Shown here: positions 1-8,406 of the stretch, in pieces
How the letters are laid out: the number at the start of each line of letters is the position of its first letter
How positions within the stretch are numbered: position 1 is the stretch's first letter
Notes under the pieces: generated by a model
Told to the model about the DNA's origin: nothing
Databases searched by the model: none
The model's input: only the letters and a program-made list of their open reading frames with translations
Program-made: the position numbers and the translations under genes
NCBI GenBank assembly: GCA_964590955.1
Contig: CAZPYT010000002.1
Coordinates: 1 to 52,072 of the forward strand
Source: an uncultured Candidatus Saccharibacteria bacterium
Lineage (GTDB): Bacteria; Patescibacteriota; WWE3; UBA101185; UBA10185
Reading direction: 5' to 3'
DNA: 52,072 nucleotides

Positions 1-106
1 CATCATTGTCCATAAAATAAACATTTTGGGCGGGAAAAATCGAGCAGAAAAACTCTTTGTACAAGAGGGGTCAGAGTATATGGGTATTAGTGACTCCCAA
101 AACCCA

Positions 107-523
107 TTACTCTACCGCTATTTTACTATTTTTATGTGTAAACTTCACCGTTATATTTCGTGAGTTACTTTGCCCCTCGTGGGCTCTCTTATCAAAATAT
201 CCCTTGACCATAAATGCTATTTCCAACGCTCGAAATCTTGTTGTCCAATCAGGCTCTTTCAACTTAGTGCCTTTTATTGTTTTGGTCGCGTCCAATGCCT
301 TTTTCAGTTGTTTTATAAGTTCCTCATCCGAAAAGTAAAAGGAATCCATGTAAGCCCTTATACGAGGGTTTCTCATATTCTGATAAGCAATGCTTGAAGC
401 CACATGGCTACTGTTTGCACCTTCCGTTATTTTATACGCGGTAAGTGCTGCTTTCATGGGTTCTCTTGTTTTCACCAGTTCTTCTACGAACACACGCTGC
501 TTAACGGTTAGAGACGGTTTCAT
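107..523 (-). CDS. phage terminase small subunit (Terminase_2-like)
   Basis: ORF 107..562. LTVKQRVFVEELVKT..AALTAY..NMRNPRIRAYM fits the small-terminase N-terminal HTH signature (LTxKQxxF..EY, AGY, L.NP.I). Start moved to ATG 523 (MKPSLTVKQ). Confidence 0.6.
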   Translation of the reverse strand: MKPSLTVKQRVFVEELVKTREPMKAALTAYKITEGANSSHVASSIAYQNMRNPRIRAYMDSFYFSDEELIKQLKKALDATKTIKGTKLKEPDWTTRFRALEIAFMVKGYFDKRAHEGQSNSRNITVKFTHKNSKIAVE

Positions 524-687
524 AAGGAAAAAATAGCACAAAAACCCACAAATCTGTACCAATCAATCAAGTAATATCAGGCAATGCTCTTATAACCCCA
601 TGTCCTATAGTCTTTGACTGAAGTGACTTTTTAGCGTATAATTAGACCATCAGTAATAATCAAACCACCTTGTTATCACTCAAATCC

Positions 688-1176
688 ATGGAGGAAGAAA
701 TGAAAGCGTTAGGATTGATTCAATTCGTTGCTGAAACCTTAGTGGCGGGCATTTTCAAGCTCCTGCTCAAGGCAACCAAGACTCGCTCATGGGTCGTCAA
801 TAAAATCGAACTTTGGAGCGATGCAAACAGGTTCCCTGGAATCCGCTATGGTGTTTCTGCTACCTTGCAAGATGCTTTTGCCAAGGTCTCAGGCGGGAAA
901 ATCTGCGGGTATTGCCAATGGAACATCAAGCCTGGTGAACGGCACGGGTACTGTGAGGTTGTATTGAAGGTTCAGGGTATGGGCGAAGACGAACTTCTCA
1001 GAACCTGGAAAGCCTTGAAGCAATACGACCCCAAGGAACTCTACGACCGCGAAACAGGCGTCACTATGGAAACCTGGGCTGAAACCATCTACTCCGAGGT
1101 TTCAAGACGAGGCCTGGACTGGCGAGCATATGAAGATGAAGCCCCCGCACCAGCCGACTGCCTTGCTGCTTATTAG
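688..1176 (+). CDS. hypothetical protein (GC-rich phage-like operon)
   Basis: ORF 670..1176 (TTG). In-frame ATGs at 688 and 700, with GGAGGA at 690-695. No recognisable motif. Local GC is clearly above the window background. Confidence 0.5.
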   Translation: MEEEMKALGLIQFVAETLVAGIFKLLLKATKTRSWVVNKIELWSDANRFPGIRYGVSATLQDAFAKVSGGKICGYCQWNIKPGERHGYCEVVLKVQGMGEDELLRTWKALKQYDPKELYDRETGVTMETWAETIYSEVSRRGLDWRAYEDEAPAPADCLAAY

Positions 1177-1349
1177 CAAATCTACAGTCATCAGTATCTC
1201 AAGGGATAAGCATTTGTATAAAAATGCCGATGTTTATCCCCTAACTCAAATCTATTTTGGATTTTACAAATAGGTTTAAGTTAGGGTAATATCCCACCAC
1301 AACAAATCTTTGTGGAATAATCAATCATCATCAAAAAGGAGATGAAGCG

Positions 1350-1583
1350 ATGGCAGAAGACCCGAAAAAGAAAGTGGTGGTCTGGAAGTTCAAGAACCCC
1401 CTGTCCCGACGAAACAAAGATTTCAACCAGGCTGTACGAGTGGGCGAAGCCGACTCGCACGAGAAACTGGTGGAAATGTCTGGCGGCGGATACCTGGGCT
1501 ATACTGACCCCGAAACTGGTGAGTGGCTGAGCTATGCTCAAGCTGAAAAACGGTTTGGTGAAGAACCCTGGGCAAGCATGTAG
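1350..1583 (+). CDS. hypothetical small protein
   Basis: 77-aa ORF preceded by AAGGAG 8 nt upstream. A hand-counted 60-nt sample (1381-1440) is 50% GC. Confidence 0.5.
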   Translation: MAEDPKKKVVVWKFKNPLSRRNKDFNQAVRVGEADSHEKLVEMSGGGYLGYTDPETGEWLSYAQAEKRFGEEPWASM

Positions 1584-1592
1584 GAGGTTATA

Positions 1593-1844
1593 GTGGATAC
1601 AAACACTTTCAGAACCTACGCTGGTTTAATTGTCCGTGCTATTAAAGCTGCGGATGAAAAGACAGGCAAAATCGCCGAAGAATATGTCGAAGCGGTGATT
1701 GCCAAAAAAGAAGGGAAAAAGACCCGCGAGGAAGTACAAACCATCCTTGATAAGTTTCCTCACACTAACGAAGTGTCGGATGGAGTGTCTTCCCTGGTCG
1801 CTAACCTATTCACCCTGGTGTTCGCATACGAAACGCCACAATAA
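1593..1844 (+). CDS. hypothetical small protein
   Basis: 83-aa ORF with a GTG start, AGGAGG 5 nt upstream, tightly packed after the previous ORF. Confidence 0.5.
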   Translation: MDTNTFRTYAGLIVRAIKAADEKTGKIAEEYVEAVIAKKEGKKTREEVQTILDKFPHTNEVSDGVSSLVANLFTLVFAYETPQ

Positions 1845-1861
1845 GACAAGGAGAGTGGAAA

Positions 1862-2215
1862 ATGCCGTTCGTAACTGTAAAAGGTGCCCCAAGGGACACC
1901 CCGCAAGAAGTTTTTGATGCTGTCGTTCAAGGTGTCAAAGCAGAAGTAGCGAAAGTCATGGGCACGAAGCCTGACTGGTTCGATGTTTACTTCCCTGCCG
2001 ACCTGTCCCGCGCGGAACATGAAACCCTCTATGTGTCCATCGACACAGGTTTGTTCTTCGGAAAGGAGGGTATGGACGAGTTAGCCAAGAACACCACCCA
2101 AGCTCTCGCCCAAGTCGTCTGGGATGCCTTCAAAGGTCGCTATGCCGTCGAAGTGTTCGTCAACAACCTGAACATCGGCTGGCGTTCGTTGAAGCATCGT
2201 GGCGAATACAATTAA
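1862..2215 (+). CDS. tautomerase-superfamily-like protein (two beta-alpha-beta repeats, N-terminal Pro)
   Basis: Begins MPFVTVK (Pro1 after Met removal). Two strand-helix-strand units are visible (PFVTVK..helix..DVYFP and LYVSID..helix..AVEVFVNN), giving a MIF-like length of 117 aa. SD is AAGGAGAG. Confidence 0.35.
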   Translation: MPFVTVKGAPRDTPQEVFDAVVQGVKAEVAKVMGTKPDWFDVYFPADLSRAEHETLYVSIDTGLFFGKEGMDELAKNTTQALAQVVWDAFKGRYAVEVFVNNLNIGWRSLKHRGEYN

Positions 2216-2246
2216 ATAACTGGCTTTTTTGAACATTGCCAATGAG

Positions 2247-2290
2247 GCACTCTTAGTTGAACAAACTCGGAGTGCTTTTTCTTTTTATAT
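2247..2290 (+). terminator. rho-independent terminator of the GC-rich operon
   Basis: GCACTC (2247-2252) pairs with GAGTGC (2270-2275), with inner AGTT/AACT pairing, followed by TTTTTCTTTTT. Confidence 0.55.
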
Positions 2291-2414
2291 AGATATAGGG
2301 GTTATTTTATATGTTGTCATCACCGTATATACTCTAACCATAGAATCAATCAAAGAGTTCCATTGAACACTCATTTGGTGCGCCAAAAATTTGGGGATAC
2401 AAGCAGTAAGCTTT

Positions 2415-3299
2415 CTAGTGTAACAAAGACTTTTTAACCAGCATAAAGACTCTCTTACTGACCTGAGCTATTGAACCGTTTCCATCTACAACATGCCAAT
2501 TATACTTATCTGCTAAATACTTGTATTCAATTCTGTTTTTTTGCCATATTATATCTCCGGCTTCTTCATAGATATTTCCTTTTTCAATAGAATTCACAAA
2601 TCTATTTCCGTCTAAAAGAATAGAAATAGTTGGCTCTACTAGCCCAAAGTTGATGTTTTCCAGTTCTTTTAGTGCTAATCCCCATGTTAATCCCCAGGCA
2701 AGTCCTGTTCCTACGTAGCCCTCAGAAATGACATCGATTCCTTTTTCCAGCAAATTTGTCAGAGTATTTTGGAAATCAATCCTGTTTTTTGCATATAGTT
2801 TTTGAAACTCAAATGATTTTGGATCTATTTTATATATGTTAGCCCTATGTAGAATGTCATAAATCATTGGCCCTGTAGGTTCAATATTGTACATAGGATA
2901 TTTAAGCACTGTAAAAGACTGATGTCCGGTTTTTGCAATTTCCTCTACCAGTTTCATAATTTGTGTTGTCTTACCAACATTATTAGCACCATAAAAAACA
3001 ATAAACACTCCTTTTCTTTTTTGATAGGTTGTTTGTACGGAGCTTTTTGAATTATCCAGGTAATAGCCTACCTTAGGCTTGGTTTTCAACAACCCTCTAT
3101 CTGCCCCTAATGATTTTCTTAATCGACTGACAATCTGGTCTATTGCCTCATTTGAAATGCCATTCTTATTATCATCCGGATATAAGTAAGAAATGATTTC
3201 ATCTCTGGTGACGATAGCCCCTTTTTTTTCATGAAGCAGCTCTATTAAAAGATATTCAGATTTTGTAATTTTCTTTTTTAAGCTCTCTAGGTCAATCAT
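2415..3299 (-). CDS. fusion protein: OmpR/PhoB-type winged-helix DNA-binding domain + thymidylate-kinase-like P-loop kinase
   Basis: The N-terminus (LTKSEYLLIELL..VTRDEI..AIDQIVSRLRKSL..KTKPKVGYYL) matches the Trans_reg_C pattern. The C-terminus has FIVFYGANNVGKTTQ (P-loop), KYPMY..TGPMIYDIL and SEGYVGTGLAWG, resembling type-I (eukaryote/archaea-like) dTMP kinases. Confidence 0.6.
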   Translation of the reverse strand: MIDLESLKKKITKSEYLLIELLHEKKGAIVTRDEIISYLYPDDNKNGISNEAIDQIVSRLRKSLGADRGLLKTKPKVGYYLDNSKSSVQTTYQKRKGVFIVFYGANNVGKTTQIMKLVEEIAKTGHQSFTVLKYPMYNIEPTGPMIYDILHRANIYKIDPKSFEFQKLYAKNRIDFQNTLTNLLEKGIDVISEGYVGTGLAWGLTWGLALKELENINFGLVEPTISILLDGNRFVNSIEKGNIYEEAGDIIWQKNRIEYKYLADKYNWHVVDGNGSIAQVSKRVFMLVKKSLLH

Positions 3300-3455
3300 A
3301 GATAATTTGCCTTTTTTGGAGATGAAAACGGGTAGGTAAAAGAGATATTACACCCAAATGTTTTTGTAAGCAAAATATCAGCTTTTTGAGTTTTATATAT
3401 CAATTATTTTCCCTCACCTTTTTATATTGTTATTTCAACTAAGAAAGGAGTTGAA

Positions 3456-4085
3456 ATGTATATAGCTTTTGAAGGAATTGTCGGAGTAGGAAAGTCCACT
3501 CAGGCTGAGATGTTAGCTACCTATCTAACGGAGAAATATCCAAAGAGAGAGGTACTGCTGACTCGTGAGCCCGGCGGAGATGAGATCGCAGAAAAAATAA
3601 GGGTATTGGTTCAGGGGACAAACTTTAATGTTGACATGAAAGCTGTTTGTGAGGCGTATTTATATGCTGCGGCCAGGGCTCAAAGTCTTAGAACTATAGT
3701 ACAGCCATGTTTGCGCAGAGGAGGTATAGTCATCGTCGACAGGAGTATTGCCACGAGTTTGGTGTACCAGGGGATTATGCGTGGTGTGGGTATTAACAAG
3801 ATTATGCGCATAAATAAAGAAGCTCTTGCCGGGTGCTTGCCCAACTATGTTCTACTGTTGGATATGCCCGTAGCTGCAGCTTTACCCAGAGTACATGATC
3901 TCGCCGGTGATAAATGGGAATCAAAAGGTTCTGAGTTTTTTAGGCATGCTCGACGCGGTTATAGAAAAGTGGAAATTTATTGGCGTCTGCGGAATTATAT
4001 GAGTGGATGGAAAACAATAGATGCTCAAGGTACCAAAGATGAAGTGTTTGAGTTAATTTTAACCTCTTTGAATATGAGGAAGTAA
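3456..4085 (+). CDS. tmk: thymidylate kinase
   Basis: MYIAFEGIVGVGKSTQ, LTREPGG, DRS..TSLVYQG are classic bacterial Tmk motifs. SD AAAGGAG. GC is visibly higher than its neighbours. Confidence 0.85.
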   Translation: MYIAFEGIVGVGKSTQAEMLATYLTEKYPKREVLLTREPGGDEIAEKIRVLVQGTNFNVDMKAVCEAYLYAAARAQSLRTIVQPCLRRGGIVIVDRSIATSLVYQGIMRGVGINKIMRINKEALAGCLPNYVLLLDMPVAAALPRVHDLAGDKWESKGSEFFRHARRGYRKVEIYWRLRNYMSGWKTIDAQGTKDEVFELILTSLNMRK

Positions 4086-4092
4086 ACAAAAA

Positions 4093-4130
4093 AAGTCTCT
4101 TGGATTAAATTTCTGAGAGACTTATTTTTT
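4093..4130. terminator. bidirectional hairpin terminator
   Basis: AAGTCTCT (4093-4100) pairs with AGAGACTT (4116-4123). It is flanked by an A-run upstream and a T-run downstream, and sits between convergent ORFs. Confidence 0.6.
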
Positions 4131-4239
4131 ATTTCATGGGAAGCAGTGTTGTTGCATCCGGTCTTTTTGTAGTGAAAACCAATATCAATATCGCTACTAT
4201 AATCAATACAAAAAATATGACGGTTTGAGTTTTTTTCAT
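4129..4239 (-). CDS. possible 36-aa single-pass membrane peptide
   Basis: Not in the ORF track. My translation is MKKTQTVIFFVLIIVAILILVFTTKRPDATTLLPMK. TATAAT (4246-4251 on the minus strand) lies exactly 6 nt from the ATG, as at many native genes here, and the ORF ends in the 4093-4130 hairpin. Confidence 0.3.
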   Translation of the reverse strand: MKKTQTVIFFVLIIVAILILVFTTKRPDATTLLPMK

Positions 4240-4316
4240 AATAAGATTATACATGCTAGAATCTTGAGGCGTAAAATAAGTATTAAAATGCGTACATCCT
4301 TTTGTTTACCTGTTTT

Positions 4317-4393
4317 GGGCCGTTAGCTCAGTTGGCTAGAGCGCTACATTCGCATTGTAGAGGTCAGGGGTTCGACTCCCCTACGGTCCACCA
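4317..4393 (+). tRNA. tRNA-Ala (anticodon CGC), CCA encoded
   Basis: Acceptor GGGCCGT/ACGGTCC with a G3:U70 pair, anticodon loop TTCGCAT, T-arm AGGGG-TTCGACT-CCCCT, then A + CCA. Confidence 0.9.
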
Positions 4394-4426
4394 TATGCTT
4401 AGGTTTTCTACTGTTTTCTTATGATT

Positions 4427-5188
4427 TTATTTTTTGACCAGGTGTGCTGCAAAATAACCTCGCGCATTAGGAATAATCACTTCCCATCCATTTTTACAAA
4501 AAGCGTTTTGTAATGAAAAATTTGTGTAACCATTAGGTAGTAGATCTTCAAATGTGGGGCTTGTTCCGCGCCATATAGTTCCTTTTTGACAAACCCTTGT
4601 AACTTCACGAAAATATCTCTCGAAATCGGCACTATCTTTTGGTAACCATGCAGGAAAAGTTTCAACAGATAGCATCCTATCAAAAGTGTTATCGGCAAAG
4701 GGCAAATTTCCAAACTCACCCGCCACTGAATCTGCGGAGTTTTGTGGGATTTCCATTTCGTAAAAAGGGTGTTTGTCATTATCGTATCCTTGCAGTAAAT
4801 ATCTAAAATCTAGACTCACACATTTAACCCCTAATCCCGAATACTTTTCATTTATTTGATCTTTTGCTATTCCTTTGCCACTGCCTAAATCTAAAATCTT
4901 CGTATTCTCAGAAAAAAATCCTGTAATTCCACCAAAAGGCTCTCCACCTTCTAGGTCCCATTCGTATTTAACGGAGGCTACTCTTTCTGAATTCCCATTA
5001 TCTGCTGGGATGAATTTACTAATTTTATGAAGAGATTCTAACGAAGTTTTAGCAATGCTGCCTGATTCGACCTTTGGTTTTTTAGTTTGCCAATTCTCGT
5101 CAAAAACCATAAACATGTATGTATCCAAGTCCCTCTCTGAGGCTGTTTCTCTTGTATCATAATATCCGTCTGGATGTTCTCTTAGCAT
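4427..5188 (-). CDS. class I SAM-dependent methyltransferase
   Basis: ILDLGSGKGIA (motif I) and a downstream Rossmann-type pattern. TATAAT lies 6 nt upstream of the ATG. Confidence 0.6.
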   Translation of the reverse strand: MLREHPDGYYDTRETASERDLDTYMFMVFDENWQTKKPKVESGSIAKTSLESLHKISKFIPADNGNSERVASVKYEWDLEGGEPFGGITGFFSENTKILDLGSGKGIAKDQINEKYSGLGVKCVSLDFRYLLQGYDNDKHPFYEMEIPQNSADSVAGEFGNLPFADNTFDRMLSVETFPAWLPKDSADFERYFREVTRVCQKGTIWRGTSPTFEDLLPNGYTNFSLQNAFCKNGWEVIIPNARGYFAAHLVKK

Positions 5189-5376
5189 AAATTCATTATA
5201 TCAGTTGAAAGTAGATCGAAATATCGTTGGTTATGGTCCACCAAAAACAGGGTCGTTACCGAATGAAATGAGCTGGCGGTTCTGTTTTTGAAGACCGGCA
5301 AGCATGAATCTACGATGTGGGTTCGACATTTGCCGAAGGCAAAAGCAAGCTTTGCTATAAGAGGATCCTTAGGCGT

Positions 5377-5760
5377 TTAGCCTAGTATTATATTTATAAA
5401 CTCTGGTAACCATTCTTCGTTTCCGGGATGCATGTTTTCATATGGTAATTCACTTAACTCAAACCATTTTAGTACTTTTATACTATTTTCTTAAGGATTA
5501 GGGTTTCCGTTCCATATGTCAATTTGATACACATCAAATAATTCGTGTGTTCCAATATATTTTATAGTTTTTGAATCTACATCAACTCCTATTTCTTCCT
5601 TTAATTTTCTACATGCTGCAGCGGGACTTGATTCGCCAGCTTCTATGTATCCACTCACGCCATTCCAAACGAATTGATCATGATATTTTTCATTAATTAA
5701 CAGAATTTTATTTTTACTATGTAAAAAGCTTAAAACTGCTCTACGCATATTTAACTTCAC
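5377..5760 (-). pseudogene. Nudix hydrolase interrupted by one in-frame TAA
   Basis: ORF 5491..5760 carries the Nudix box GYIEAGESSPAAACRKLKEEIGV and stops at TAA 5491-5493. The same frame continues ENSIKVLKWFELSELPYENMHPGNEEWLPEFINIILG to TAA at 5377-5379, a typical MutT-like C-terminus. Confidence 0.7.
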
Positions 5761-6152
5761 CAGTGGCCCACTCCAGTCAATTTGGGGTTTTCATACCAAT
5801 CAGAGTAATTCAATTGGTTTGGAGTTTCTTTAAGTGTGTTTACTCTTTTAATCCAAATATTTATTAGATCGTCTTTATATGTTTGTCCTTTGCGTAGTAA
5901 ATCCTCCAATAGTTTTAATCTCATTTGGTTTTTACCTTTTATAGTGTCTCCTGCATAAATATACAAAGTTTGAAGGAAAAAGTTTCGTTTTGGGCAATTC
6001 GCATCTGCTGCCAAGTCTAGTAATTCTGCCATATAACCTGGTTGAGCAACCATTAGGTTAAAGTCTTGTTCGGGTGCCAATGCATTTTGGTCGTATGCCC
6101 ATAGCTTAATTTCGTCCGTCGTTGGATTTGCCCAGTCATTAAAGTCATTCAT
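5757..6152 (-). CDS. hypothetical protein
   Basis: 131-aa ORF overlapping the Nudix start by 4 nt. TATAAT (6159-6164) lies 6 nt from the ATG. No motif recognised. Confidence 0.5.
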   Translation of the reverse strand: MNDFNDWANPTTDEIKLWAYDQNALAPEQDFNLMVAQPGYMAELLDLAADANCPKRNFFLQTLYIYAGDTIKGKNQMRLKLLEDLLRKGQTYKDDLINIWIKRVNTLKETPNQLNYSDWYENPKLTGVGHW

Positions 6153-6354
6153 GAAAATATTATACCCTTATTATATGAAGATAGCGTTTATATTGCATTT
6201 TGTTAATATTTCAATTATGCATTTATAAATAGGTCGAAATATCGCATGTTATGGTCAACTATTTTCTCAGGTTTTATTCTATTTTCTACTGATTTCTTAC
6301 TAAACTACAAAAAAATAACCCCCAAGCCAAAAAGATGGTCTGAGGGTTATGGCT

Positions 6355-7530
6355 TTAGTTTTGAGTGTGGTTTGTATTTCCATTTCTTGTAACACGCACA
6401 AGTACCAATGAAGCCAGCACAAGGATACTGCCAAGTATAAACGTAATCTGAGGATTATCATAAACATCAGCAATCCTTCCCATTACAAGTAGTGCACAAG
6501 CTCCGCCAAAAGTATGTACAGCACTTATCAGCGAATTTACAGTTGATCTATGCGCGTTTTGTACATGCTCATAAACATGCCCATACAGAACTATACGGAT
6601 AGCACCGTAGGCAATTTCTAGGATGGTCAGCCCAATAAAGAACATAACCAAGTTTTTAGCTAATCCACTAACCGCTAATCCTATGCATAACACAATCAAT
6701 ACTTTGTAAATTCCTGTTCTATTTCTGGTAAAGATAATGTTGTGGCCCGCGAGTACGCTCCCTATTAAAGCAGGAATAGACATAGCGAGTATTGACCAGC
6801 CCCGTAATTGTTCAGGCATGCCTAAATCTTTTACAATCTGCGGCCAATACATAAATACCGATTTGCTCGCAAAACTATACACAACAAGTAACATCATTGC
6901 TGAGGTTATTGTTTTGTTAGCAAAGGTCAGCTTTATGATTTCCCGTAAAGTAATATTTTCGTCTTCTTCTTGTTTAGTTATGTCATCATTTGCCGAATAC
7001 AATGCTAATGCGCTAATGATTGTTGCCCCCAAAAAACAAGTTCCTGATACAAACCACGCACTTTGTATACCATAAATTGCCGAGATATATCCGGCAAGTA
7101 CCGCTGTTATGATTTGACCGGAATGAAACAGTATTTTTGATTTTCCAATTACCTTACTGGACTCTACTTCACCCAGTTGATTCTGCAACCAGCTTTCCAA
7201 TGCATCGCTTTTAAGTGAATTTCCAACAGCTGCAACACCTTCTGCTAGCAAGAAGCCTGCTATTTGATTACTCGCGCCATAGATATACTGTGTCGCAGTC
7301 CAAAGTATTTGCCCAATGACAAATGTTTTTCTTTTGCCAAATTTGTCAGCAACAAATCCGGTAAGCGGATCAAGTAGTGTTGAGGAAATATGGTAAAAGA
7401 AATTTACAGTGCCCATTTTGAGAAAATTTAACCCATGTAGTTCTAGCCAAGGTGTATAAATCGGAAAAAATGATCCCATGCCTAAACCTTCAAGTAATTG
7501 AATTAGGTAGTATACAACTTCTGCATTCAT
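6355..7530 (-). CDS. MFS transporter
   Basis: 391 aa with about 12 hydrophobic segments and a DKFGKRK loop motif between TM2 and TM3. SD AAGGAGA. Confidence 0.75.
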   Translation of the reverse strand: MNAEVVYYLIQLLEGLGMGSFFPIYTPWLELHGLNFLKMGTVNFFYHISSTLLDPLTGFVADKFGKRKTFVIGQILWTATQYIYGASNQIAGFLLAEGVAAVGNSLKSDALESWLQNQLGEVESSKVIGKSKILFHSGQIITAVLAGYISAIYGIQSAWFVSGTCFLGATIISALALYSANDDITKQEEDENITLREIIKLTFANKTITSAMMLLVVYSFASKSVFMYWPQIVKDLGMPEQLRGWSILAMSIPALIGSVLAGHNIIFTRNRTGIYKVLIVLCIGLAVSGLAKNLVMFFIGLTILEIAYGAIRIVLYGHVYEHVQNAHRSTVNSLISAVHTFGGACALLVMGRIADVYDNPQITFILGSILVLASLVLVRVTRNGNTNHTQN

Positions 7531-7923
7531 TTTCGTTTCTCCTTTTTTATGTAGTTTTTAACGTGCATGGCAATGTTTTTTAGCATCATTATTTGGGATG
7601 CTATAGAGGACTCTAAATTTGGCTATTTTAATTTGTGAAAATAAAAAAGGACCTCGTTTAGAGGCCTTTAAGCTTTGCAAATTCTAAAGAATCGCTAATT
7701 TGCCTCAAACGTGATAAATGGGAATACAGCAACTTCCCCTGATTTACAGATTTTGGCGCTGTTAATATTCAAATGAGGTAAATACGTATTACGATTCATG
7801 CGAGTACTATACTATAGGTATTTGACGTTGTAAATAATTGCTCAAAAATATTGCTTGTTATGGTGGGCCATAAACCCCTATGATATGGTTTCATTAACGA
7901 AGTTTGAATACAATAATTTCATA

Positions 7924-8406
7924 ATGGTCAAGGTCCAAAATGGATTTATACATACGTTACTTGCCGTACTACCGGTACTTGTTATTTTAGTTATTGGTTA
8001 TTTAAAAATATAACTCTGGACTTACAAAGATACTCAACCTATGCAAACGGAAGATAGTCCTATCGGTAACGTTGCAAGGGTACGTCCAATTCCTTCATAT
8101 TTTGACAGTGCCCTTCCTAAAAAAAATACGGACTCACCTAAAATAAAAGAGTCAACAATAGAAGGTTTAATGGAGATAATTAGGGGCGTTCCCATTCAAC
8201 CAAAAACAGATATTGAGACTGCAGACTGGGCCACCTATATAAACGATGACATTGGTCTAGAATTTAATTATCCGCAGGAATGGGGTGTTCCAAAAATTGA
8301 AATTCACTCTACGCCTGATTGTGTAAGTGGGACTGTATGTGTCTCGCGTGAAGATAAGGCGACAGAAAGTCTAAGAATCAGCTTTCCTAATTCAAAGTTT
8401 ATTTGA
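7924..8406 (+). pseudogene. secreted/anchored protein gene split by one in-frame TAA
   Basis: ATG 7924 encodes MVKVQNGFIHTLLAVLPVLVILVIGYLKI (signal anchor), followed by TAA at 8011-8013. The same frame runs LWTYKDTQP directly into ORF 8041..8406. I verified the frame codon by codon. Confidence 0.55.

Noticed and set aside
1203-1240. Nested hairpin GGGATAA-GCATTT..AAATGC..TTATCCC after ORF 688..1176
   Set aside because: It has no T-run and lies inside an apparent operon. It could be an RNA processing or stability element, but there is nothing to support a specific call.
5290-5345. T-loop-like string GTGGGTTCGACAT, possibly a tRNA fragment
   Set aside because: No acceptor, D or anticodon arms can be folded around it, and it has no similarity to the three tRNAs in the window beyond GGTTCGA.
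6737-7075. Antisense or overlapping track ORFs inside well-supported genes (for example 6737..7075, 9299..9703, 10401..10712, 38260..38598, 39002..39437, 42816..43385, 36002..36406, 21218..21586, 26592..26849)
   Set aside because: Each lies wholly within a gene with clear family motifs or better start signals on the other strand. They show no motifs and have odd composition.
7695-7799. 34-codon minus-strand ORF (MNRNTYLPHLNINSAKICKSGEVAVFPFITFEAN) followed by a weak hairpin with a T-run at 7637-7668
   Set aside because: No SD, and the -10-like hexamer is 9 nt away with no good -35. The peptide has no recognisable features. There is not enough evidence to call a gene.
5491-8013. Possibility that TAA is reassigned to a sense codon in this organism
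   Set aside because: Long housekeeping ORFs (dnaG, rpoD, mutS, mutL, pgi) are uninterrupted. dnaG terminates at a TAA at the expected protein end, and TAG and TGA are also used as stops. The two in-frame TAAs are better explained as local nonsense mutations or variants.
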